A stretch of 60,026 nucleotides of DNA, filler included, from Sphacelaria rigidula (GCA_964200075.2; 8 parts of 8 records of this genome joined end to end with filler, not necessarily neighbours in it); one strand, 5' to 3'; positions 22,657 to 36,908 are shown, numbered from the whole stretch's first letter. Notes: a model not told the origin generated them from the letters alone. Program-made: numbers and translations.

Positions 22657-24600
22657 TGGGCATATATCGCCCCCGGCAGCGCTATGAATCACGCCTTTTA
22701 CCCGGTAGAGATACTTACGTGCGGTTTGATCAACGAACCTACCGCACACTACCACCATGATCACCACACTCCGAGCCTCGTGGAGAAATCAGCTTTGGAC
22801 ACGTCGGTACACATCACGGCGCCTTGGCCTACCAGGAAAATGATCAAGCTCCCGGAGCTACTTAACACCTACGATAAAACGACAGTGCTGGTGTCACCTT
22901 CTCCTATGATCCTCAACTGCTAGAGTTCGCCGAAATGACATGCCTGCCCTTACAAGACATCATCTCGCCGAAAGTATTCCTCGGGTTGGCGCGTCTGCCG
23001 GTACCGAGCATTTAATCTCAACAGGAAAACAATTCCTAACCCTCACGGGCCATGCTAAGTTAGAACCCGGTGGTGTTTTGGAAACCGCTGCTGCCCCCCT
23101 TATGCACACCCCGCTCGAGACATGTATAACTGATCTCCTGGCGCCGAACCTTGCACCTCCAATAGACTCCTTTGTCAATCGCGTCGATGAGCCTCGTGTC
23201 GACCTAGCCTCTTCCTCTCGATCACATGTTCACACGCTGTGGGCCCTGCTAGATCAACTTTCGATTCTCCTGATGAAGTGCTTCAACGCCGATCAAGAGA
23301 ATCTCGGAATAGGTTCTGCAAATGTGACACCAACTTCCACCCCATTTGCGTGACATTAACTGTGACCTTCACGGGCCTGGATGGGAACCCGCTGTCACCA
23401 CAATCGAGCGATGTCTTACTGGAGTACCGAGACCGATTTTCTCGAGCAAAGGCGGATCTTGGGCATTACAAAACACTGCCCTTTGAAATTACGGTTCAAC
23501 CTGTCGTCTCGCAAATTTCCTCTTGACCACACCGGACAAACTCAATCCTTGCCAAAAAAGTCAATGCCATCTTAGATGCTACTTAGGAGCTGGTTTAATC
23601 CAACTCTCCTCCTCTCCATGGGCTCCCCCACTCGTGGTCGTTCCCGAAAAGGACGGAAACATACGTACCATGGACAATAACGGCTGGATCGCGTCACGGC
23701 CATCGGGAAAATCCCGATCCCTCGCATCGACGACTCTTCTGTTCCTCAGGGGGAGGGAACATATTTAGCACCTTCGATCTCGCTTTTGGACTTTTACAGG
23801 ATGCCGTTCATCCTAGCACAGATCCATTGACAGCGTTCTGTACGTTTTCTGGGCTCTACGAATGACCCCGTATGCCACAAGGCACCGCCACTGCGCCAGG
23901 TTGCTTCTAACGCTTCAAGCAACGCATCACAGACAGCCTCGAACACGTCATCATGTACTTGGACGATGTAATCGCCTTTGATGCCTCACCTGTTGCTCAT
24001 ATACGCACCTTGCGAAAATTTCTTTCTCGCCTCCGGACGCATGATTCGAACATTTTCCCATCCGAAGCTCGTCTTGGCTCGACTGAATTGGATTTGGTGG
24101 CACATTCAATTTCCCTCGCAGGCCCGCACCCGGATAACAACCGGATACCAACAAAGTCAGGGCAACGGCTGAAATGTCGATGCCCACGAACATTTCTCAG
24201 CTTCGCTCACTGTTGGGTGGACTGTCTTACTATCGAAACGTTTTTGCCAAATCTGTCCGAACGGGTTCGCCCCCGTACAGACTTTCTCAAATAAGGCGCC
24301 GTGTTTGCCTTCACGACTGACATGGAGAGTATCGTTCGCGATTTGTTGAACACGCTTTCTGAAAGCTGCTTCTCTGTTTACCAGACTGGAATGCAGTACA
24401 AGATAGCTCTCGCCTCTTCCAACTGCACACCGACGCTAGCAACGACGAGTTCGGCGCGGTTCTCAACCAACCTCAACTTGATGGATCTGTCCGACCCATC
24501 TTTTATATCAGCCGCGCCACCCTGCCAAGCGAGACCAACAGGATTCTACTGGAGTTGGATGGTTGGGTAATCACTTGGGCTGTAAAGCGCCTTCGACCGT
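22657..24600 (+). mobile_element. Decayed Ty3/gypsy pol fragment (RT-RNase H)
   Basis: IQLSSSPWAPPLVVVPEKDGNIR, MYLDDVIAF (23953) and FQLHTDAS (~24420). Many stops and frameshifts. Confidence 0.9.
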
Positions 24601-27600
24601 ACAGCACCAACGCACCACCGTAACGGCAGTTCGAAACGCACCTCTCCTTCCTCCCGTTTTTCTACTAAGTCAAGGGCTTCTTCACATCGGCGTTCCCCAC
24701 GTAATAACGTTATTGTGCATGCTGAAGCCACTGGAGATATCTTTATAGATCCCCCTTCAGAACAGGAGTCGCCCTACGATTCACGCCGTCGCAGTCGACG
24801 AGCTCGACTCACCGACGATGTTTCTTCCCGCTCTGACGCTGCAGCCATCCGTTCCTCACGGCGACAACTTGCCGATTCACAGCGCATAGCACCACCAACA
24901 ACCGTGGACGACCCCAAATCTTCGCCACCCACCGCAGCCTCCGCCGCCGCAGTTGCTGCTGCCCCAGCCCCAGCTCCCGCTGCCGCCACCGCCCCTTTCA
25001 CCACCGTCGCCGACACTGACGCCGATAGTGGCAGTCGCGCTGGCTCCCGGGCCCCTTATGTACTCGCACTCTCTTCTAACCCCCCTGCATCCATTGTCGC
25101 GCCGTCTATCCCTGCACATTCGCCGCAGCAGGACCGCCCACAGTCGGATCCGGAACACTGCCCGCTCAGACTGCTCCCACGTATTTTCATGGCCCATCGT
25201 CGCGCTGCCCAAGAACAACTCATACACGAGTATGCTCCCCACACGCCAGCCATGATGTGTTGTTTCGTTAGTCGGCAACGCAATGCCGATGCAGCGGGGT
25301 CTACACTCCTCACCGAGGAATATCACGCTACACTCCGCAAAGTCGAGAAGGAGCGTTCACGAGTCGAAAACGAACGTACAGCTGCTCAACGTTTGCTGGC
25401 GGAAATCGACACGACGACGTAGGAGTGGAGTAATAAGGCCGCCAGTGAGAAGGCCCAGATCAAGCACACTACCGCGAGGCTGCAGGAAACTGACTCCTTG
25501 TTGAAGAAGCACCGAGCTTCTCACGCCGTAGCCGCTCGTCGCTCTCACATCAACCCATCCCCACCCCACCTACTCCAACCGTCCGCCCCGACACCGGAGC
25601 CACATCGCGCCGCTTTCCCATATACGTCGATGACATCCCTTGGCTCACGCTTTCTGGGGAGTCTTTCGGGCAAGGAAACCTTCACGAACCCTTCGCAAAG
25701 CTCTCGTGGGGCTTGTCTAGCGCTCGCTCGACCACTCCAGGGCGCAGTAACGTCCTATCTGGACCATGGCGGGGTCTGTCCTCCCGACGGTTCTTATTCG
25801 CTTATCATTGGCCAATTAGCCCGCCACATCCAACAAACCACCACTCCTTACGAACTGCCCATTGTCGAGCTTTTCGACGACGCGTGGCGCGCCGCCTTTA
25901 AGTCTGCCAAAACCCAAGGTGATGCCGGTTGAATCCCGGTGATCCCTCGTCGCTGACGCCACGGACATGGTGTTACCGACCATAACCGTAATCGCGGCAG
26001 TGGTTCTCGCAACCACCACGGAGGCGGAAGCCCCTCCTCTGGGAGGACCCAGCCACGCCGTGTGAAGCGTCCCACCACGAGTTTGCACAGGACACACCAG
26101 AATGGAGGCTCGTCGAGCTCTTCTTCGTCCAAGCCCAGGATTCGGTCTGCCACGAACTCGCCTCCGTCCATTTCTGCCGGCCTGAGTCGCGCTACATCGC
26201 GTCTAGCAGGCGTTTCGGGTCAGACTTTACGGCTTTCGGATGACCACAACTCAGGTAAACAATTATTTTCCACTTCGGCTGGCACTCTGGCTGCCGCTGC
26301 CGCCGACCGAGAGCAAGCCGCAGCTAGTGCAGCAGCGGCCGTCGCTCAAGCTGAATGCGCCCGCGTTGCCGCCATCCAGCGAGAATACATTCAGATGGAT
26401 GTGAAAAACATTTGGCATGTTAGAACCATGCCTGCAGCCGACAACGAAGACGCGGGGTAATTTACTTCTGCCCTCATCACATATATACGTCGTACTGTTT
26501 GAAACATCGTTCAGCTGGCAGACTCTACGAGTGCTCAACGCTTCGAAGATTCCGACTGGGTTGATGGTTGGCAGACTCCTCTTCATAATGCTGTGCACCG
26601 CTCAATCGATCGTCGGTCGCCCGGCACTGCCGCTGCTCTGACACAAGTCATTGATGTTTTCATGGCCGCTTTGGATCTGGACCGCGCCTCGGGGAAGCCA
26701 GGTCTGACTTTACTCCGTGATCTAGAGCGCAATTTGACCGTGTACTTCGATCGCAGCCCTCAAGGGAGTGCTATACAACGACCTAGTTATTTCGGTGTCG
26801 CAGAAGATGTCCCCTTTGCGGACTACCTTCGATCATTCAAGCTCCTCGTTTCCGATACTATGGGAGTAGGCGCCAGGCTGACCCGTCGGACGCAATATGT
26901 CAATCATACGTGAGGAATAACGTTTCCGAGCAGTTTCCAACACTGATGCCGTCGCTGTTTTCAGATGATTTAGCACACCACGAGGTGCCTTATTCCTCTG
27001 TGGATGCGATGTGGAGTGGGTTTGTACATCAAGAGAGTAGTTCGACGCCGGCCATTCGCGGCGAGAGGCATTCCCCTGCCCGGTCTCAGTCTACTTCTGT
27101 GGCTTCTTCTATCCTTTCGGGGTTCCATAGCCGGTCTCACACTTCGTCTCGTTCATCATGGGTGCCTGCCTCACTAGCTCCGTCATGAAAGTTGCAAACA
27201 AGAGAGACCCGTTCCGCGACAGCTTTGACCGCTGATCGTGCTTCGCTGAGACTTGGGATGGTGGTTTTACTGTCTCTATCTCAGCATTTACAACAGGTTA
27301 TTCACATTTGTAGAATCCACTCCTCTTGTCTGCTGATAGACAAGATGCTTTCTGTCGACACGCCAATAGTTGCATCAACTGTTACACCCAAGGTCATAGT
27401 TTGCGCGATTGTAATCGTTCTTGTATCACCGCGTTCGACCCCACGAACCCTGATCTGCAGTGAATCAGCGTGGCGCCGATAGCAGAAACGTTTGCTTGGT
27501 TACCGTACCCCCAACGCAATTGTCGCCATCTTTTCAACAACCGCGACAACACTCGCTCACATCGCGACCGTCGCCCCAACAACTACTATGACTACTCTGG

Positions 27601-29695
27601 TTGTCGGCGAAGAGAGGGTTCTTCTCACCGTCACCAGAATTCCGCTGATAGACAACAGCGCACGGGGCCGAACCACTATCGCTCGAACTCCAACACCAGA
27701 AACTCTGGTTCATTTATGACTGATCCACTAACCCATGACGTGTCGACGACGGCGTTTTTACGTCTATGGCGCCGCCGACAGCACATACAAAGACTACTTC
27801 AACACCACCCGCGGAACGGGTGACAAAAACGTCTCGCTGAGTCTCCCAGGCACTATGTAGGAGCACTAATGACGACTACGCATATCGACCCCCGTCTTCA
27901 CCTCTTCGCACACAGCGTGACAGTTCCGTTGACTCATAACTAGGCTCTACGCTCGGCTGTGGACTTGGTCCTTCAGAACTGAGTGTAAATCTGAGGTGTA
28001 GGAACACCAACCGCCCGTCACTGAGGCAAGGGCTTCCCTCAGCAATGGCACGTACAGGCAGTAGTGTACTTCACTCGACTTGTTCAAGTGTCGCTGGTCT
28101 AAATTTCACCACTTCGGGTCAAGTAACACCCACCCAGCTCGATCGAGTTCGTTCTTCGCGTTCATTGCACCGCGCGAAGCTACCCCTGAATGGTTCTCAC
28201 AACAGCCGCCCAAATTTACATCCGTCGATGTCTGCTCAGCCAACCTTGCCAGCGGAAAGTCCACAAGCTTCGCCCGAACATGCCCCGATGCTGACCCCAT
28301 CCACCCAACTACACGCAGTTGTGGTTTCCCCAACCACTTTGGAAATTCTCCGCCCCTTTTCACGGCAAGAGAGGAAGCCCCGTGAACATACCCCCACGGA
28401 AGCGCGCACATGAACGCTTGCACCTTCCTCGAGTGGAAAATCTCAACCTAACTGTCTCCAAAATGCGATGACTTTCTGCTCGATGACTTTATCAGGCATC
28501 ACAGAAGAATCTGCCTCTTCTATGGACGATCCTATCATCGAGCAGCATGGATTCACTTTAGACGTGGATCCCTGTCTTGGTTATCTATGAAATTGCTGAT
28601 GGCCAGGCGATTTGTGCTAAACCTAGGGATCACATACCATCCACCATACTTTCTGTTGGAAAATCCGACCTCCCGGCGGACCACCCGCCGTCGGTCTTCG
28701 CCGCCAGAACTGCTGACCCCGATCAATTACGGTGGCTGAACATGATCCGGATATTGTCGGAGGTAAAATGTTTATTGATCTTGCCACATTTACATCTCGC
28801 GTAGCGATCCGTCGCGGCCCTTACGCCACTACGCGTGCCAAATATGTCTTCTCGGTTGATAGTGGCAGCCCACATTTATCCGTGAATCGACGTGGGAACC
28901 TATGAAACGGATTGGCGCTGCTTTAGCAGCTTGTGAGATCTCCACCAAGCCTCGTGCATGGAGCGGCTTTGGTGACTCCACCGTACCTCTAACCACACGA
29001 AAATCAGCACGTCTCATTGTCATTATTTCTTTCACAGCACGACTCGTTCTGCCAACCTTGCAGTGTGGGCATGTGTTGTCTCCGACAGCACCATGGCTCA
29101 CCCCTTGCTACTGGGCAGAGATAGTTACATGCGGTTTGATCAACGCACCTACCGCACGCTACCACCACCATCATCACTATTACCATAGTCTGCCCATCGT
29201 GGAGAACTCAACCTTGAACACTTCGGTACTTTTCACAGCGCCTTGGCCTACCAAAAAAATGGATAAGCTGCCGGAGCTGCGTACCACTCACGATACGATG
29301 GTAGTACTGCTGTTACCCTCTTCGATGATCCTGAAATGCTAAAAGTGCGCCGTATTGGCATGCCTGCCCTTACGGGACATCACCTTGCCGAAATCCTTCC
29401 TCGGGTTAGTGTGCCTCCCGGCACGAAGCACTTTGTCGCAGTAAGAAAACAGCTCCAAGACCACGGATCATACTAACTTGAACTCCGGTGATGTTTTAGG
29501 CATGGTCGCTGCTCTCCTAGCTGATGGACATTGCAGTCGAGGCATGTGAAATTGTACCCTCGGCGCCCACTCCTGCGCCCCAGACAGACGGCTCTGTCAG
29601 TTGCATCGATGAGCCTTGTTCCGGCCTAAACCCTTTGTCTCCATCAGAGGTTCACACGGTGGACTCTGCTCGGTCGACTTCCGACCTTCCTGATA
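24601..29695 (+). mobile_element. Decayed Ty3/gypsy gag-protease region of a related element
   Basis: CCHC knuckle CINCYTQGHSLRDC (27371-27412) and protease DSGSP (~28858). 29090-29690 is homologous to 22680-23275. Confidence 0.75.
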
Positions 29696-29699
29696 AAAA

Positions 29700-29966
29700 C
29701 AGCGTTTTCGTGGGTTCTAGAGTAGAAGATACGATTGAGAGTAAAAAGCGGTCAATTAGTGAATGAATCGATTCAGTTCCGAGATGACCCTCCCCGAGGC
29801 CCAATATGCTTTCCGTAGTAGCTTGCCACTGAGGCCCCTGATATCCCTGAGTAAGATATCGACGTGTAGATGTAAGAACACGCCAGTAACAACAAATTGT
29901 GCGAATTGAGTTTTAACTCCGAGATGAGGTTCAAGCCTAGAACAGTGCTTTCCCCACACTTTCAGC
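29700..29966 (+). repeat. Dispersed repeat
   Basis: GAGTAGA.GATACGATTGAGAGT...AAGCGGTCAAT.AGTGA is shared with 59968-60026. The 3' part is shared with 22240-22286. Confidence 0.7.
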
Positions 29967-30066
29967 NNNNNNNNNNNNNNNNNNNNNNNNNNNNNNNNNN
30001 NNNNNNNNNNTTAATTAATTAANNNNNNNNNNNNNNNNNNNNNNNNNNNNNNNNNNNNNNNNNNNN
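29967..30066. other. Artificial contig linker
   Basis: N-run + TTAATTAATTAA + N-run. Confidence 0.98.
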
Positions 30067-31254
30067 CTCGTCTGTAACGAAGATAAGAAAAATCCGGGAG
30101 AGTTCAAATGGAAGTGGGGAGAAGAGGAACTGCCGATCGTGGACCAGTATACATAACTTGGCGTAGAGATCTCAAAACACTGTTCTTGGGATGCACACGT
30201 AAACAAAGTAATAGAAAAGGGTAAGGCACAGATAGGCAGGTTGGACGTGATCCTCAGAGATCCGCGCCTAGACACTAGGGTTAAGATATGTATGCATATA
30301 AACGTGATCGTATCAAAGCTGGAATATGCAGGAGAAGCATGGGAGGGGAACGTAAAGTTGTTGCAGAGGTTGGAAACAGTACAGATGGCAGCAGCTGAGA
30401 AGATACTTGGATGCTCGAAAACGACGAATGATACAGTTTTGAGAACAAGAGACATTAGGAAATTGCGATGACAATATAGCGTAAAGAACATGCAGAGAAA
30501 GTTATTTCCAGCTATAGTTGATAGGGCTGTATGGAGGAAAACTACGATAGGGAAGGCTGGAATAAGGTGGGATAAGGAAGTCGAGAAAGTATGGAAGGAG
30601 ATAGGAGAAAACCAAGACGAAATACTGTTCATAGATGAAGACACGGGGTACAAGGCAAAAATAGGAGGTAGGATAGAAATAAGGGGGAAAGGAGCGCTCA
30701 GACACAAAGTAGACGAGGAAGAACACCTGGAGATATACCGGTGATTGGGAGAGGGGATAGGGATGAAAGCAAATTTGCATAGCCCGATGGACGTTGCGAA
30801 AAATATGAAAGTGCGATTTCGGGTGAGGAACCTCGATCTTCGAGGAAGAAGAAATATATATAGCAGTCGTCGAAAGGAGGAGGAGGTACATGTACAGAAC
30901 TGCCTCTGTGCAAAGGAATAGAGAGCGTCAGTCATGTAGTTGCAGAATGTAAACTAAACAAGGAGGAACGGGACATGCTAAAGGGGGAAATGCGGAACGT
31001 AAACGAAGATACCATGAAATCGTTTGATGCATTTGACAGTGGGGAGAGAACGATGGCTATACTAGGAGATATATGGTGGCCAGAGACGGTGAAATAGGAC
31101 GGGGATAAGATACGTAAAAGGTTTTTGTGTAATATATGGAAAAAACGTAATGAGCGCCGGAATGTTGGAGGAACGATGCTCCCTCTCGAAAAGGATGCGT
31201 GGTCAATGGTCAAACGACTAAGGCAAGCAACAAATGAGTACGACCCCCCCCCCC
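30067..31254 (+). mobile_element. Decayed LINE, 3' part of ORF2 ending in oligo(C)
   Basis: RT-thumb-type LPIVDQY..LGVEI...SWDAHVNKV...KLEYAGEAW and a degenerate C-terminal Cys/His region. ORF ends GCVVNGQTTKASNK-TGA, followed by GTACGA-C11. Confidence 0.9.
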
Positions 31255-33293
31255 TTTTTTTGCTCGGCTAGTAAACACATATTACAGAACTGAATCAATG
31301 TCGACTGGCACAGGTTCAGGTTCGTGGTGCGTACACTGGGTTCGATCAGACTGTCATGATGGGTTCCATGGCAGCAGAATCCCGTGCATCGTTGCATGAC
31401 TCCCATTTGCGCAATGACCTTCGCCAGTGTTTTAACTCTCGAGCTGATCGCCTAGTTTTACCTCCAAGTGGTATTAATCATAGCCAGTTGGATCCTTTCT
31501 CCTCGCGGGATCGGCAGTCACGTAGCGTAATACCTCCCGCACCCGAATCACGATTATTTATTGGCGCGATAGCTGTTACCCCTGCGACCGTCCATCGTAG
31601 GATAATATACTCAAGGCCACACACCACCCCCCAAACAGGCGTAGGTGCCAAGCCGATCCTGGTTACACCCGCGAATGAAATGACGTCGGTGCCCGGTCCC
31701 CTTTTATTTGGTGAGCGTAATGTTGCGTGCATGGAGCACCACCGTGTCGAACCCTGGCTTTCCGTCGCTCAGTGGGTTGGGCAGGAACCCCAAGCAACAG
31801 CGCCGGTGGAGCGCCACGAGCGTGACCGAGGGCGGACTGTCATTGACCAATTCCCAATAGCCCCCGGACCATCCGAACCTTTGGTGCGCCATACGCGTCA
31901 CCCTCGGCGGGCTCCTCCGGATGACCCTGTAAATGTTCCTGATGACGCAGTTGCACCCGTCCACCGAGATCGTGAATGGGTGTGGGTTTCATTGGATGAA
32001 GGCGATACTGTCGACCAGGCCGGTGTTTCCCAGATTTCGAACAGATCTACACTGCTCCCTGTCGATCTCTCACAAAACATGTTAGAACCCACCACTAAAA
32101 TACCGTTGTCATATCTTGGGTCAGATACCTCGCTGCCGATTGGGCGTTCGTCTCCTTGTCATGAAACCCCACGTTTGAGTCTTCATCACAAGGAAAACAT
32201 AGCGTAGTGACCGACGAGCCGTCCGTGCTTCACCGCTCGTCCCCTGTTTTCCCAAAGTTGTCTCCAACTAGCACGGGTAGCGAATTGACGACTGTAGCCA
32301 AATTGCCCCCGCCTTTTGCCAAAATTTCCCCTTGCTTTCCCGTATTAGATGCTGTAACCTCGCCAGCTTCGCAAACTGACGCTTTGCTACTTGATGCGGC
32401 GGACCAAGGCATCTCAAACCAAATGCAACAGTTGTCACGGCCAGCCATGACAACTGCCCTTCTCAGGCATCGTCCATCCCTTACAGTGTACGAAATTCAA
32501 CACTTGACAGATTCCCCAACAAGTGAAAAAGACACTCCGTGCCACAACCCGCCCTCTAACAATGATCTTGCTTCGAAGGATCATCAGCGTGTGTATATCA
32601 GCGCAGCCGCTCACAATCACAAGCACGGTTTTTCCACAGATTTCTTGCCAGAATTTTTACCGGATCTAGTCAGCAGAACTGCAATCATGGATGATGCCTC
32701 CTTCACAACGAAAATAGGTGTACACCATGAAATGCATGCAACATGCTCTTTATTGGCTCTTGCATTGCCCGATTCAGGCTCGCCTCAAACGTTCATCACC
32801 GCCAGCTGCTGGCAACAAATGATCTACGCGGGGGCTGCGGACCCGCATTGCGTTTCTACGGTTTCCCCTCGTGTTTTTGGCGGGTTTGGTCACTCCACTG
32901 CTTTTACGGTTGATCGATCAGTGAGACCTAGTGTACAATCTTTCGATGACACCGGTCCGACTGCTCGATTATTCGTGTGGGCGCTCACAGTACCCGATGG
33001 CCCCATGTCGGTTGATGTTTTGTTAGGGCGTGATAGTTTGCTACGGTTTTCTACTCATACATACACGTCGGACACACCTGCTTTCCACCATCTCAACACT
33101 GGCAGATTGCAATTGGGATATGACGACACTGCTTCAGGGGCTCATGCCTATGTCGATGATCAAACACAAACAGGTAATGCTGTGCGACTGTACTGTGTTC
33201 GCGAAACCGTAGCCTCCTTGTCCCCTGAACCCCAACTCATACATGCGAAGCTTTTGAGACGGAACGAATCCTATGCCTCCACTGGACAATGCT

Positions 33294-33550
33294 TAACACT
33301 TTCTACGATAGCCCCCCCCCCCCAAACCATCCCAAAAGTGTCACGAAAGCAATGGTCATACAGCGCCTAATGTTTGGGTTCAGGCCGCATAAAGCGCCTC
33401 ATATGGGCGACATTGGCGAGAACGAACCCAAGCGTGGGAATTCCCAGCTGCTCGTTGTGCTCAGCGTTTTTCCATTTCGAGTCATGTAGGGATTTTGCGT
33501 CCCAAAACCAGGCACTTTTTTGGAGGGGGGGCTATCGTAGAACGTATCAT
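33294..33550. mobile_element. Sola2-type MITE inserted in gypsy pol
   Basis: TIRs ACACTTTCTACGATAGCCCCCCC / GGGGGGGCTATCGTAGAACGT. Outermost bases are decayed. Confidence 0.7.
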
Positions 33551-36380
33551 TTGGTCGAATTCATGAACCCCAATCAGTCGGCTGATGATGTCGGCGCCTT
33601 TGACCAGACCAGAGTACTCGTTCACGAAGGTAGACAATCCATCCCTCTCACGTCTTCTGCATGTTTCAATGTACTTCCCCGCCACTTGTTGGGCTTTGCT
33701 CAGGCGCCCCTCCTACGGGCAGACTTGTCAAACGCGTGTCTAGCGACCGAACCGCAAGCGTCACCAGGCACCTCGATCAACGTGAACTCTTCGCCGTTAG
33801 ACAAGACTCGCCCTATGGTAGAGGACGAAGCGTCCAAAGCACCCGACCCAAACCCCCCAACTACATCACTAGATAGGTTATCGCCAGAGCAACGTGTTAG
33901 TTTTCAACGTTTATGGGACGATATCTTCCCACATTTGCGACACATTGCTTTTGATTTATCTAGTGAGGGTTAAACTCGCACGGTGATCGATAGGCCGCGC
34001 TCCATTTTGATAAGATGTTTTGAACGGTTATCCAAGGCACACCCATATCTCGGCCGCTGCATCACTACACCATTCAAGATCAAAATTGCTGATGGCACGC
34101 CACCTATCGCTACGCGTCCGTACCGTACAAACCCCCTCTTAGCAGATTAAAGTAAGGTAATCCTCGACGAATACTTCTCCCCCGGTTTAATACGGCACTC
34201 CACGTCCCCGTGGGCCTCGCCGCTTGTTGCCGTCCGGAAGAAGAACGGTAAGATCAGACTGACAGTCAATTGCCAACGATTGAACACAGTCGCCAAAATC
34301 GTTCGTCCACCTCTTCCCCGGATAGATGAAATCATTGACTCTCTCGGCGGGGGTAAAGTTTTTTCGAACCTTGACATGCAGTCCGGCTCCCACCAACTTG
34401 TGATGGACCCGCAACCTATAGAATTGATGGCGTTTGATACACCATCAGGCCCGTATGAATAGTTGGTAACACCACAAGGTGTCGCCGGCGCCCCCGGGAC
34501 ATTTCAACGTGTGATGTTTCGTGTGATTGACGGATTGTCCAAGTGCCATATGTATCTCGTTGACGCGGTAATCCACGGAAGCACCCCTTCCGAGCACGTC
34601 GAGCCCTTGGCGTCTTTCTTCGCTCGCTTCAAACTACACAACTCGGAACTTGTCTCATCCAAATCCCGCGTTGGAGCGACGAGCATCGAATTTCTGGGCC
34701 ACTGTATCACTCCTGAAGGTCGTAGCGCAGTCCTCAACAAGGTTGCCGCACTTACAGATGTGCCCATGCCACGGGATACATCTCAACTGCGCTCCTTGCT
34801 CGGCGGTTTGAGCTACTACCGACAGTATTTGCCGAACCTAGCCCAAATCCTCAAACCTCTCACCTCCTTTCTAAAACAATGAGTGAAATTCGCGATTATG
34901 TCGGAAATGGAGAAATCATTACGTCAACTACTTGACACACTTTCGCGACCACCAATCTAGGTTTTCCCATACTGGTCCGCCGCTGAGAAAGGTTCACGTT
35001 CGTTCCGACTTCACACGAATTCCTCCAAAATTAGGTTTTGGCTGCACGTTAGAACAGGAGCAACCAGATGCTAATGTTCGCCCCATTGTACATTTTATCG
35101 AACCATCTACCCCAACGAACAAAACTAGTCGGTCATGGAGGGAAATGCCGGCGAAATTGTTTGTGGAGTGAGACGTCTCCGTCAGTACTTGTATGACAGT
35201 CCGTTCGTGATTTATACAGATCATAAGCCTTTGGGAAACTTCGCCAAAATGGCGGAATGCAACGCGCGGGCTCAACGCTGGTTCGAAATCTTGTCTTCTT
35301 ACAACTTTACGCTGAAGTATCGGACAGGACCTCGAAACGCAAACGCTGATTTTCTGTCTCGCTTGCCCATCCCGGCCTAACCCATCGACAGCTCCGCCTT
35401 GGGGCGCATCATGGATCCCACCGAAGACATTGTATATTTCATCAGCAGAAACGGTCATAGCGGAATCTACACGCCACTCTCACTGAACCACAACTCGGTA
35501 CTTAGCATCGATGGGCTGACGACTACAACTCACGCTTCTGTGCTAGGCAGTATGACACCACAGTCGTGGTGTTCAGTTCGGAGTAGAGCTAGTACAAACC
35601 GGAGCGGGAATGATCAATTCCGTGCAACTGGTCATCGAATAGCTTGTGCTGCAGATGTAGACCCGTCTTATACTGACTTCGTCTTCCCGGTTCAAGTTCG
35701 AGATTTCATCTCGAGTAAAACCCGGGGATGGCGGGCCGCCGATACGGCCGCCACCCTGGCGGCCTCTGGCCCGGACATTCCCATCCTGATCCCCATCCCG
35801 GTTCCCGATACTGTCTTTGCGCCCCCTCAACCACCGCGGCGCGAGGCCTCCGAAAGATCGATCCCATTCACGGCACCCATTCCTCCCATAGCCGAAGCCT
35901 CGGCTTTGCTCCCCTTCTCCGGTGATGGTGTCCCCACTGATGCCTCATCATTCGATGCCCTAGTTTACGTAGGAATCGAAGACAGCGTTCCGCTTGAAGA
36001 TACACGAACTGATCCCCCCACCCATATCCTCACTGAGCTATCGCCAAAAGGCTTGCTTTATACGGATAATGATGGCGTTGTTCTTATAGCTCGCTGGCCC
36101 ACAGCGCCCCTGCGTGTGGGAAAACCTACCAGTAAACATGCCTGTTCGTTAGGTGATAATCCCACACGAAATTATGTGCCGATGCTTCTGCATCCACGGG
36201 TTCTACATGAATGTCATTCGCAAGGATCGACACATCTGGGAGTCGCTAGGACCTCCCGGATGCTTGAACGTTTTTATCAGTCGATTTGTATATGTGTCAG
36301 GCGCCAAAAACTTCGCGCCAAACGGTTCAATGGCCAAATATTTCCATGCCACTCCCCAACGGGCCTGGTGAAGTAATCTC

Positions 36381-36638
36381 GAGTGATGCTGCGATAGGGT
36401 CAGCATTTTTGTGGCCAAAACCGGTCTGATCCAGCAGTTCCTCAAATTAGAAACTACACAAGAATATGGGTGAGGATATCCCCGTTTGCAAATTTATTAG
36501 GGGTATCCCTAGCAAATTGGAAGAAAAACCCGAGCGTACTCTCACCTATTTCGAAAGTCATGTTTTGGATGAGATAAAGGGTTCCTAACAATTCTTATCT
36601 CAGGCCGTAAAAGTGCTGACCTTATCGCAGCATCACTC
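36381..36638. mobile_element. Sola2-type MITE, 258 bp
   Basis: TCTC|GAGTGATGCTGCGATAGGGTCAGCA...TGCTGACCTTATCGCAGCATCACTC|TCTC. Removal with one TSD copy restores integrase GPGEVISWDYF. Confidence 0.88.
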
Positions 36639-36908
36639 TCTCATGGGATTATTTCCGTTCGTTTCCTCTCTCTGATAATGGTAACAAGTACATTTTGCTG
36701 TTCACGGATCGGTTTAGTCGACACGCGGTGATGCATGCTGTTTCGGAAGCCAACTATTGTGCGGCAGGCACAGCCAACGTTCTTGTGTACACGTGCATTC
36801 CGCAATGGGGTGCACCCAAATAATTCTTGTTCGATAACGGCCCATGATCAGTAACCTCCTAGGTGCCCATCGCATTTTTACTAGCTCATACCATCCGCCC
36901 ACAAACGG

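Noticed and set aside
30015-30935. 306-aa minus-strand ORF
   Set aside because: Antisense shadow of the purine-rich LINE ORF2, running into the N linker.
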